From contig CAZWJT010000009.1 of the NCBI GenBank assembly GCA_964634935.1, forward strand, positions 31,852-95,851: 64,000 nt of DNA. Reading direction: 5' to 3'. Position numbers and translations under genes: made by a program. Under the pieces are notes generated by a model. That model worked only from the letters and a program-made list of their open reading frames with translations, was not told the origin of the DNA and made no database searches. Source of the stretch: an uncultured Planctomycetia bacterium. GTDB lineage: Bacteria; Omnitrophota; Gorgyraeia; Duberdicusellales; Duberdicusellaceae. The stretch's first letter is position 1; each line of letters begins with the position of its first letter. Shown one piece after another: positions 49,287 through 57,373 of this stretch.

Positions 49287-50357
49287 ATGAGCCAAGCGCA
49301 GGAAATAATACAAAAATTATTAAGCGAACCGGATATTACCGAAATTATGATCAATGGTCCTCAGTCGGTTTTTATCGAGCGGCATGGGCATAAAGTTCTT
49401 ACTGAATATAAGTTTCAAGACAACGATGAGCTTTTGCGCATGCTGTCCGAGATGTTTGGCGCGCGGGAAAAACGCTTAGATAAAAACCATCCCTTTGGGG
49501 ATGTTTGTTTGGCGGATGGATCGCGGGTAAACGCCATTATTCCTCCGTTGGCCCTCCAGGGGATAACCGTGACAATCAGGAAGTTTTCCAAGGAGATACA
49601 GACTTTGGGGGATCTCGTTAAACTCAACGCGCTTACCCCAAAGGCAGCTCAGTTTCTCATTGCCGCGGTTAAGGGGAGATTAAATATTTTGTTTTCGGGC
49701 GGGACAGGAACAGGGAAAACAACAACTATGGAAATGCTTTCTTATCACATCCCCGAGCAAGAGCGGATCATTACTATTGAGGATACCGCGGAGCTCAAAA
49801 TGCACCACACAAATTTAGTTTCATTGGAAACCCAGGATGCTGACCAGAGCGGGCGTCCCGAGGTAACCTTGAGCGATCTTATTCGTAACTCTCTCCGGAT
49901 GCGTCCGGACAGGCTGATTATTGGAGAAGTCCGCGGTCCAGAGGCGCTTGATATGGTTCAGGCGATGTCAACCGGGCATCGGGGGACACTCGCCGTTCTG
50001 CATGGGAATTCACCCAAGGAAGCGCTTGCCCGCCTGGAGACGCTCATTCTTTCTAGCGGGATCAAGTTGTCGCTTCTTGATATCCGGAGGATGATCGCGA
50101 ACACTATAGATATTGTCGTCCAGCAAGAAAAGTTTGATGATGGCACTCGCCGGATTACTCATATTGCAGAAGCCCGGGGTGTTGAGCGGGAGGAAATTGC
50201 CATCCAGGATCTTTTTGTTTTTCGCAAAGAAGGCCGCGATGAGCATCGGCGGATCAAAGGATCCTTGAGGCCGTGCATGCGGATGTTTCCTAAATTCTTC
50301 AATGAATTTCAGCGCGCGGGAATTCTCGATGAAAAAATATTTTCCGAAGATGAGTAA
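49287..50357 (+). CDS. CpaF/TadA-family (VirB11-like) secretion/pilus assembly ATPase, short form (356 aa)
   Basis: Walker A FSGGTGTGKTT, IITIEDTAEL, RPDRLIIGEVRGPEA, MSTGHRGTLAVLHGNS motifs. Confidence 0.8.
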   Translation: MSQAQEIIQKLLSEPDITEIMINGPQSVFIERHGHKVLTEYKFQDNDELLRMLSEMFGAREKRLDKNHPFGDVCLADGSRVNAIIPPLALQGITVTIRKFSKEIQTLGDLVKLNALTPKAAQFLIAAVKGRLNILFSGGTGTGKTTTMEMLSYHIPEQERIITIEDTAELKMHHTNLVSLETQDADQSGRPEVTLSDLIRNSLRMRPDRLIIGEVRGPEALDMVQAMSTGHRGTLAVLHGNSPKEALARLETLILSSGIKLSLLDIRRMIANTIDIVVQQEKFDDGTRRITHIAEARGVEREEIAIQDLFVFRKEGRDEHRRIKGSLRPCMRMFPKFFNEFQRAGILDEKIFSEDE

Positions 50358-52098
50358 TACCCCGCTACTTTCAACGCTCCGGCATAGCTGTGCCCACATA
50401 CTTGCCTCTGCGGTCAAAGAGTTGTTTCCCGAGGTCGAGCTGGGGATTGGCCCAGACATCGAAGATGGTTTTTATTACGATTTTTTACGGGAAAAAAGTT
50501 TTACTCCGGATGATTTAACGCGCATCGAAAAGCGCATGCACGAAATTATCCACCAGGATTTACCGTTTGTCCGTTCGCAGGTTTCCAAAGAACAAGCGCG
50601 GGAGCTTTTTGAGCACGAGCGATTTAAGCTCGAGCTTCTTGGGGAGCTTCCCGGTGAAGAAGTTTTTCTTTACGCACACGGTGGGTTTACGGATCTCTGT
50701 AAAGGGCCGCACGTTGACAGGGCATCACAGATAAAAGCTTTTCGACTGCTTTCAATTTCTGGAGCCTACTGGCGGGGGAACGAAAAAAACCCAATGCTAC
50801 AGCGGATCTATGGCACGGCTTTCCAGACTCAAGAAGAACTGGATGCCTATATTCAGAGAATCGAAGAGGCGAAAGAGCGGGATCACCGGAAACTCGGCCC
50901 GCAACTTGAGATTTTTGACATGTATCAAGAGCAGGCAGGAGCGGGCCTTGTTTTTTATCTCTCAAAAGGTGCTATTCTGCGACGGCTCATAGAAGATTGG
51001 GAAATTCAAGAACATATAAAGCGCGGGTATGTAATCGTGAATACTCCCCATATTTTGGATGCAAAATTATGGCAACAGAGCGGGCACCTTGATTTCTACA
51101 GAGAAAACATGTATATGGTTCCTACGGAAGAAGGGGATTTTTGCTTGAAGCCGATGAATTGTCCCGGGCATATTCTTATCTATAAATCGAAGCTCCACAG
51201 CTATCGAGATCTTCCGGTGAAAATTTTTGAGCTTGGGACAGTATATCGCCATGAAAAAAGCGGTGTTCTTCACGGCTTATTGCGCGTGCGTGGTTTTACC
51301 CAGGATGATGCGCATATTTTTTGCGCCCCCGAACATCTTGAACGCGAGATCAAGGAGGTCTTGGCATTCGTGCGAGAAGCAATGCGCATCTTTGGGTTTA
51401 CTCAATTCGAAGCAGAGCTCAGTACTCGTCCGGAAAAATATATTGGTGATCCCGCGTTTTGGGATAAAGCCGAAAGCATTCTTGAGCAAACGCTCCACGG
51501 AGAAAAAATGCCTTTTACGGTCAACAGGGGCGACGGCGCTTTCTATGGGCCGAAGATAGACATAAAACTACAGGATGCTCTCGGAAGACGCTGGCAGTGT
51601 GCCACTGTTCAGCTTGATTTTTCTTTACCCGAACGGTTTAAACTGGGATATATTGATGCCGATGGAGTAAAGAAATCACCTGTGATGATTCATCGGGTTA
51701 TTTTGGGTAGTCTGGAGCGCTTTGTGGCAACGCTCATTGAGCATTACAAGGGCAGATTTCCGGTGTGGCTCAATCCTCTGCAAGTCAAAGTAATCCCGAT
51801 TACCAAGGAGAATGTTTCTTACGCCCAGCTTGTTCGCGAAAAACTTGTTCAGAGCGGAATCCGTTGCGAGGTATACGACGGCGAAGATACCCTGGGAAAG
51901 AAAATCAGGAATAGTGAGCTGGAAAAACCATCGTACATTCTCGTTGTAGGCAAGAAAGAGGAAAGCGAGCAGACGGTAAATGTCCGCATAACCGGAAAGA
52001 ACACCCTAGGAGTCATGCGGATCGAAGATTTTATCGGGAGGCTTCAACAGGAAGTTTCCCGGAAAGGCGCGTTGGAGCTAGTCACCGAAAACCAATAA
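50329..52098 (+). CDS. thrS: threonine--tRNA ligase lacking the N-terminal TGS domain
   Basis: Begins in the editing/second additional domain (RHSCAHILASAV); class II core and anticodon-binding domain present. Confidence 0.9.
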   Translation: MKKYFPKMSNTPLLSTLRHSCAHILASAVKELFPEVELGIGPDIEDGFYYDFLREKSFTPDDLTRIEKRMHEIIHQDLPFVRSQVSKEQARELFEHERFKLELLGELPGEEVFLYAHGGFTDLCKGPHVDRASQIKAFRLLSISGAYWRGNEKNPMLQRIYGTAFQTQEELDAYIQRIEEAKERDHRKLGPQLEIFDMYQEQAGAGLVFYLSKGAILRRLIEDWEIQEHIKRGYVIVNTPHILDAKLWQQSGHLDFYRENMYMVPTEEGDFCLKPMNCPGHILIYKSKLHSYRDLPVKIFELGTVYRHEKSGVLHGLLRVRGFTQDDAHIFCAPEHLEREIKEVLAFVREAMRIFGFTQFEAELSTRPEKYIGDPAFWDKAESILEQTLHGEKMPFTVNRGDGAFYGPKIDIKLQDALGRRWQCATVQLDFSLPERFKLGYIDADGVKKSPVMIHRVILGSLERFVATLIEHYKGRFPVWLNPLQVKVIPITKENVSYAQLVREKLVQSGIRCEVYDGEDTLGKKIRNSELEKPSYILVVGKKEESEQTVNVRITGKNTLGVMRIEDFIGRLQQEVSRKGALELVTENQ

Positions 52099-52113
52099 CT
52101 AAGGAGGTGGATT

Positions 52114-52626
52114 ATTAAGAATTTAAGAATTAATGAAGGTATCCGTGCTTCAACAGTCCGGTTGATCGGTCCCCAGGGAGAGCAATTAGGGATTGTGGCG
52201 GTAAGGGATGCGTTGCTGAAGGCAGAAGAGAGCAATCTCGATCTTGTAGAGGTAGCAGCCCAAGTACATCCGCCGGTATGTAGAATCATGGATTACGCAA
52301 AGTATAAATACGAACAGCAGAAACGTGAGCGGGAAGTAAAGAAGCACCGGAAAGGATTAAAACTGAAAGAGCTGCGGCTCAGACCGAGAATAGATGAACA
52401 CGATTATCAGATCAAATTAAAGCACATGAAGGAATTTCTTGAAGCTGGGGATAAGGTAAAGGTTCTTATTTTTTTCCGGGGGAGAGAGATGATGTACCAA
52501 GAGTTTGGGCGGAATCTCTTGGAGCGGGTTATCCGCGATGTTGAACCTCTCGGCAAGATCGATAAAACACCGCAGCTATTAGGAAAGGCATTAATCACAG
52601 TATTGTCACCGAAAGGGAAGGAGTAG
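52114..52626 (+). CDS. infC: translation initiation factor IF-3, AUU initiation codon
   Basis: The in-frame extension upstream of the TTG-called ORF encodes IKNLRINEGIRASTVRLIGPQGEQLGIV, a canonical IF-3 N-terminus. AAGGAGGTG RBS at 52101..52109 and ATT at 52111/52114, with an in-frame stop at 52099. Confidence 0.8.
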   Translation: MKNLRINEGIRASTVRLIGPQGEQLGIVAVRDALLKAEESNLDLVEVAAQVHPPVCRIMDYAKYKYEQQKREREVKKHRKGLKLKELRLRPRIDEHDYQIKLKHMKEFLEAGDKVKVLIFFRGREMMYQEFGRNLLERVIRDVEPLGKIDKTPQLLGKALITVLSPKGKE

Positions 52627-52628
52627 GT

Positions 52629-52835
52629 ATGGCCAAGAAAAAACTTAAAACAAAAAAAGCGCTATTAAAGCGGATTAAAATTACCAAGAGCGGCAAAATT
52701 ATGCGTCGGAAAGCAGGGAAGTCTCATCTGCTTTCGGGGAAAAGGGCGAATCGCAAGCGCAAGCTGAGAAAGGCAACGGTTTTGAGCAGCGCGTATGTGA
52801 AGATTGCGCGGCAAGCTTTACCGTATCATATTTAG
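52629..52835 (+). CDS. rpmI: 50S ribosomal protein L35
   Basis: MAKKKLKTKKALLKRIKITKSGKIMRRKAGKSHLL. Confidence 0.9.
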   Translation: MAKKKLKTKKALLKRIKITKSGKIMRRKAGKSHLLSGKRANRKRKLRKATVLSSAYVKIARQALPYHI

Positions 52836-52871
52836 AATAGAAATAACCAAGGGAAGTGATAAGGAGGATGT

Positions 52872-53228
52872 ATGAGCAGAGTGAAACACGCAGTCGCTTC
52901 GCATAAGAAGAAAAAGAAAGTGTTAGAGTTGGCACGCGGAGCGCGGGGGGAAAGATCTCGGCGGATTCGCCGGGCAAAAGATACGGTGATCAAGGGGCTC
53001 GCTTACGCGTACCGGGATCGGCGGCGCAAGAAAAGAGAGTTCCGGTCGCTCTGGATTAGCAGGATTAACGCAGCGGTCCGCGAACATGGTTTGCGGTATG
53101 GCGAGTTTATATCTGCCCTGAAGCAAAGAGGGGTTTTGCTTTCACGCGATATGCTCGCACACTGCGCAATCGAAGAGCCGAAAGTTTTCGGCGAACTTGT
53201 CCGGATCGCCAAAGAGAAGAGGGGATAA
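52872..53228 (+). CDS. rplT: 50S ribosomal protein L20
   Basis: MSRVKHAVASHKKKKKVLELARG ... infC-rpmI-rplT operon. Confidence 0.95.
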   Translation: MSRVKHAVASHKKKKKVLELARGARGERSRRIRRAKDTVIKGLAYAYRDRRRKKREFRSLWISRINAAVREHGLRYGEFISALKQRGVLLSRDMLAHCAIEEPKVFGELVRIAKEKRG

Positions 53229-53620
53229 TGTACGTTGTTATTGTCGGATGCGGCAGGATTGGCAGGCATCTTGCGCAGAATCTCGCGCGGGGCAATGCCA
53301 ATGTTGTGCTTGTTGACAAAGTTCCCCGGGCACTGAGCTTGCTCAGCGGATGGTTCAATGGTGTTACAGTCCACGGCGACGGTCTCGATGTGGAAGTTTT
53401 AGAGAAGGCAGGGCTTAGAAACGCAGATGCCTTGTTTGTTCTTACCGGTAGTGACAATGCGAATCTGGTGATTGCCCAAATCGCGAAGAAAATGTTTCAA
53501 GTCGGAAAAGTCGTCATTCAATTGGCGGATATTTCTAAGCAAAAGATTATTGAAGGAAGCGGTATTGTGGCGATTAACCGGGGTGAACTTTTTCTCGAGG
53601 AGTTTAAAAAATGTATATAG
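53228..53620 (+). CDS. TrkA-N (NAD-binding) domain-only protein
   Basis: VVIVGCGRIGRHLAQNL Rossmann motif; 130 aa, no TrkA-C domain. Confidence 0.65.
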   Translation: MYVVIVGCGRIGRHLAQNLARGNANVVLVDKVPRALSLLSGWFNGVTVHGDGLDVEVLEKAGLRNADALFVLTGSDNANLVIAQIAKKMFQVGKVVIQLADISKQKIIEGSGIVAINRGELFLEEFKKCI

Positions 53621-54273
53621 TGATCGTTGGAGCAGGCAATATCGGTTTTTATTTAGCTATGAAACTTGCCAAAGACAAGCATCGGGTGTGTCTGGTGGAT
53701 AAAAACAGCAGCGTTTGCGAAAAGATCGCTTCTACCACTTCACTGTTTGTCGTACATGGAGATGGGGCTGACCCGGAAGTTCTGAATGAAATTAAAACCG
53801 AAACCGCCGATGTTATGATCGCGCTGACTTCGAGCGATGAAGATAATATCATTATCTGTCAGTTGGCAAAGGAATTGTTTGGGGTAGGGCGGACGATAGC
53901 GCGGGTGAATCACCCACAACATATCAAGGTTTTTACAATGCTGGGCATCGATGTGCCGATCGACACAACGACTATTTTATCACGGATTGTCGAAGAAGAA
54001 GCTTCGTTTACAGATTTTATGAATCTCTTGAGCATTAAAAAAGGCCGGCTTTCTATCGTGCGGGTTGATATCCCCGAGAATTCACCGGTTATCAACCAAG
54101 TAGTAAAAGACATTCATCTGCCCGATGATTCAGTTCTGGTTTCGGTTCTCCGGGGAAATGATGTTTTGATTCCGCGTGGAGATACGCGGTTGTGTGTAGG
54201 CGATGAAGTCATCGCGCTGACCACGATCGAAAAAGAAAAAGAAATCGTCAATCTGCTCGTAGGAAATCTATGA
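53611..54273 (+). CDS. trkA: K+ uptake regulatory subunit (TrkA-N + TrkA-C; KtrA/TrkA-like)
   Basis: IVIVGAGNIGFYLAMKL Rossmann motif plus C-terminal TrkA-C. Confidence 0.75.
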   Translation: MYIVIVGAGNIGFYLAMKLAKDKHRVCLVDKNSSVCEKIASTTSLFVVHGDGADPEVLNEIKTETADVMIALTSSDEDNIIICQLAKELFGVGRTIARVNHPQHIKVFTMLGIDVPIDTTTILSRIVEEEASFTDFMNLLSIKKGRLSIVRVDIPENSPVINQVVKDIHLPDDSVLVSVLRGNDVLIPRGDTRLCVGDEVIALTTIEKEKEIVNLLVGNL

Positions 54274-54374
54274 AGCCAATTCTTGGTATTCTTTTTGAAA
54301 TCATGGCAGTTCTATCTCTGATCGGGTACGGGTTTCTTCTTACTACGCTCGTCAGATTCTTGTATAAATCATGA
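54270..54374 (+). CDS. 34-aa hydrophobic single-TM micro-protein translationally coupled between trkA and trkH
   Basis: Manual translation MKPILGILFEIMAVLSLIGYGFLLTTLVRFLYKS. Its ATG overlaps the trkA TGA (ATGA) and its TGA overlaps the trkH ATG (ATGA). AGGA RBS 6 nt upstream. Confidence 0.4.
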   Translation: MKPILGILFEIMAVLSLIGYGFLLTTLVRFLYKS

Positions 54375-55867
54375 TTTTGGTTCCTACCAAGCAAGAAATA
54401 TCCAGCGCAATCCACCTTCTCGGGAGAGTTCTTTTGGGGGTTTCGTTTACCATGGCAATTCCTCTCTGCGTCGCTTATCTGTTTCGCGAAGAAGAGCCGT
54501 TCTGGAACTTTTTATTCTCTCTGTCTCTCACCGGGGCATTCGGACTTCTGCTCATGGTGTTCTTTCGCTTCCGGGAAGAGATGCGTTTTTCTGCCGCTTT
54601 CGTCGTTGTTTTTTTAACCTGGGCCTTGGTCGCGTTTTTCGGCGCGATCCCCTTATGGCTTTCCGGACATTTTCTTAGTTTTCTCGATGCTGTTTTTGAG
54701 GCGATGAGCGGATTCGCGACCACCGGGCTTTCGCTCGCTGTTCGTATCGATCATGCTTCCTATGCGGTGAATACCTGGCGGCACCTGATCATGTTTCTGG
54801 GCGGCCAGGGAATCGTGCTTATCGCGCTGTCCTTTTTGATTAGAACCACAGCTACCGCGTTAGGGTTATATTTCGGGGAGGCTCGAGACGAGAAAATTCT
54901 TCCCAATATTCTTGATACTGCGAGATTTATTTGGCTGGTGAGCCTTGTTTTTTTAACCCTAGGGACTTTTGCTCTTTCGGTCGCCGGAATATATGCCGGA
55001 CTGAAACCAGCCAAGGCAGTGATGCACGGTTTGTTTATTTTTATGGCTGCTTTTGATACCGGTGGTTTTAGCCCTCAGTCGCTGAGTATCTTGTATTACC
55101 ATAGTTTTCTCTATGAGGTTATCGCGATGGTTCTTATGGTTCTGGGGACAGTGAACTTCAATTTGCACTATTTTTTATGGTTCAAGAAAAGAGGAGAGCT
55201 TTTCCGGAATATTGAAATGCGCACTTTTTTCTTTTCTTTCTCGATACTCTATTTTTGCCTCAGCAGCTTTTTATTCTTATTCGGAAAGCAGAATATTTTT
55301 TTGAACTTCCGGACCGCTGTTTTCCAGCTTCTCTCCGCGCACTCCGGCTGCGGATTCACCAACCTCTACCTGACTGATTTTATAGGCTGGAATGACGGCG
55401 CCCTTGTGAGTATTATCTGTGCTATGGCGCTTGGCGGTTCAGTATGTTCTACGACCGGGGCAATCAAACTTATGCGCTTGGGCGTTATCTGCAAAGGCAT
55501 TTTTCTTGAGGCGAAGGAGTGGCTTCTGCCAAAACGGGCGAAGATTGTTGAAAAATATCATCATCTTGTCGATGTACCCTTGGAAGATAAAAGAATCAAA
55601 GGAGCTTTTATCTATACCAGTTTATACTGCGCGAGCTATTTCATCGGAGCGATGGTTGGGGTATTCTGTGGATATGGGTTTCTGCCATCCTTGTTTGAGG
55701 CAACCTCTGCCACGGCAAATGTTGGTCTTTCGGTGGGAATTACCACTCCGGCCATGCCTTTATTGCTGAAACTTACCTATATTATACTCATGTGGTTTGG
55801 CCGTCTTGAATTCATCGTGGTAATTGTCGCGTTTGGATTTTTTTATTCGCTGGTAAGGAAGAGATGA
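54371..55867 (+). CDS. trkH: K+ transporter membrane subunit TrkH/KtrB family
   Basis: Repeated M-P-M modules with the GFATTGLSL selectivity-filter-like motif. Confidence 0.8.
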   Translation: MILVPTKQEISSAIHLLGRVLLGVSFTMAIPLCVAYLFREEEPFWNFLFSLSLTGAFGLLLMVFFRFREEMRFSAAFVVVFLTWALVAFFGAIPLWLSGHFLSFLDAVFEAMSGFATTGLSLAVRIDHASYAVNTWRHLIMFLGGQGIVLIALSFLIRTTATALGLYFGEARDEKILPNILDTARFIWLVSLVFLTLGTFALSVAGIYAGLKPAKAVMHGLFIFMAAFDTGGFSPQSLSILYYHSFLYEVIAMVLMVLGTVNFNLHYFLWFKKRGELFRNIEMRTFFFSFSILYFCLSSFLFLFGKQNIFLNFRTAVFQLLSAHSGCGFTNLYLTDFIGWNDGALVSIICAMALGGSVCSTTGAIKLMRLGVICKGIFLEAKEWLLPKRAKIVEKYHHLVDVPLEDKRIKGAFIYTSLYCASYFIGAMVGVFCGYGFLPSLFEATSATANVGLSVGITTPAMPLLLKLTYIILMWFGRLEFIVVIVAFGFFYSLVRKR

Positions 55868-56346
55868 AGTACAGGATTATAACGGTTTTTGGGTTATTGC
55901 TTTGCGTAATTCTCCAGGTGAGCGCCGAACAGATTTCCCTCAGCGAGGCGTTGAATAACTTTACTTTTTATGATAAAAAAGAAATTACTATCCGCGGGGA
56001 AGCGTTGGATCTTTTGCCGCGCGCGCAGGGTGTGTGGATCAATATTGTCGATCGCGGATCGTCACTCGGAATCTGGGTTGATAAATCTATAACAGTACCG
56101 GATATTGCTCATTTCGGATCATATCAGGTGCGAGGAGATATTCTTGAAATCAAGGGAACATTCCACAAGCAACATCCTGATTTTTTTGAGCCGCTCGTCG
56201 CTGCTTCCGCGGTGCGGGTGGTTTATCCGGGAAGCGAGTTAAAGCAGCGCGTATCACTCGAGCAGAAAGAAACGGCATTGCTTGCCGCTGTTTTATTTTG
56301 CCTTTTATTCCTTCTGTATTTAAGACGAAGAGAGCGACATGGTTGA
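55864..56346 (+). CDS. exported OB-fold (BOF/YgiW-like) protein with C-terminal TM anchor
   Basis: Signal peptide; ITIRGEAL ... GVWINIVDRGSSLGIWVD ... GDILEIKGTF follows the BOF OB-fold pattern; C-terminal hydrophobic helix. Confidence 0.35.
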   Translation: MKYRIITVFGLLLCVILQVSAEQISLSEALNNFTFYDKKEITIRGEALDLLPRAQGVWINIVDRGSSLGIWVDKSITVPDIAHFGSYQVRGDILEIKGTFHKQHPDFFEPLVAASAVRVVYPGSELKQRVSLEQKETALLAAVLFCLLFLLYLRRRERHG

Positions 56347-57373
56347 GGAATTAAAATCTTTTTTAGAGAAAGCCAAGAATGAAATTCAGGCTGTTCACTC
56401 TCAAGAGCAGCTGGATAATCTGCGGGTAGTTTTTTTAGGACGCAAGGCTTTTTTGGCTACGGTTTCCGAGAAGATGCCGGATCTTCCCCGGGAAGAAAAG
56501 CCAATCGTTGGGAAATTGCTCAACCAGATTAAACAGGAGCTGGAAGCTGTTTTCCGGGAGAAGGCAGCGCAGCTGAGTAAAACCGAAGATACACTTGATA
56601 TTTCTTTTCCTGGTCAAAACATCCATGCTGCGCGTATGCATCCGCTTACTCTGGTGATACACCAGATCTGCCGGGTGTTCGAAGAGCTTGGTTTTGAAGT
56701 GCAGGAAGGGCCGGAAGTAGAGACGGAATGGTATAATTTTCAAGCGCTGAATATCCCCCTGGAACATCCGTCGCGGGATGTGTTTGACACGTTTTATCTT
56801 GATGCGCCGGCTGACGCCAAGGGTTACAAGTATCTTCTGAGAAGCCACACCTCTCCCACGCAAATACGGATGATGCAGGAACGTAAGCCGCCTCTTGCGG
56901 TAGTGGTTCCCGGGAAGGTTTATCGTCCGGATAATTCAGACGCTTCTCACTCTTTTATGTTTCATCAGGTGGAAGGGTTCGCGGTGAGCGAGGAGATCTG
57001 TTTTTCAGACTTAAAAGGGGTGCTTTGGTCCTTCGCTGAGAGATTTTTCTCTCGGGAAGTTCGGCTCCGTTTTCGGCCCCACTATTTTCCTTTTACCGAG
57101 CCATCGGCGGAAGTCGATGTATCGTGTATTTTTTGTGCGCAGAAAGGATGTTCGGTGTGCAAGCAGAGCGGGTGGCTTGAGATTCTTGGGTGCGGCATGA
57201 TTCATCCCAATGTTCTGAAGGCGGCGCGGATCAACGCGAAGAAAATGAAAGGTTTTGCGTTCGGGATGGGGGTGGAACGGATCGCCATGCTTACGTACCA
57301 GATTAACGACATACGGCTTTTCTGTCAGAATCACCGGAAATTTTTAGAACAATTCTATGAAACTGAGCGTTAA
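56339..57373 (+). CDS. pheS: phenylalanine--tRNA ligase alpha subunit
   Basis: Class II motifs (HPLT ... FRPHYFPFTEPSAEVDV ... GCGMIHPNVL). Confidence 0.95.
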   Translation: MVEELKSFLEKAKNEIQAVHSQEQLDNLRVVFLGRKAFLATVSEKMPDLPREEKPIVGKLLNQIKQELEAVFREKAAQLSKTEDTLDISFPGQNIHAARMHPLTLVIHQICRVFEELGFEVQEGPEVETEWYNFQALNIPLEHPSRDVFDTFYLDAPADAKGYKYLLRSHTSPTQIRMMQERKPPLAVVVPGKVYRPDNSDASHSFMFHQVEGFAVSEEICFSDLKGVLWSFAERFFSREVRLRFRPHYFPFTEPSAEVDVSCIFCAQKGCSVCKQSGWLEILGCGMIHPNVLKAARINAKKMKGFAFGMGVERIAMLTYQINDIRLFCQNHRKFLEQFYETER

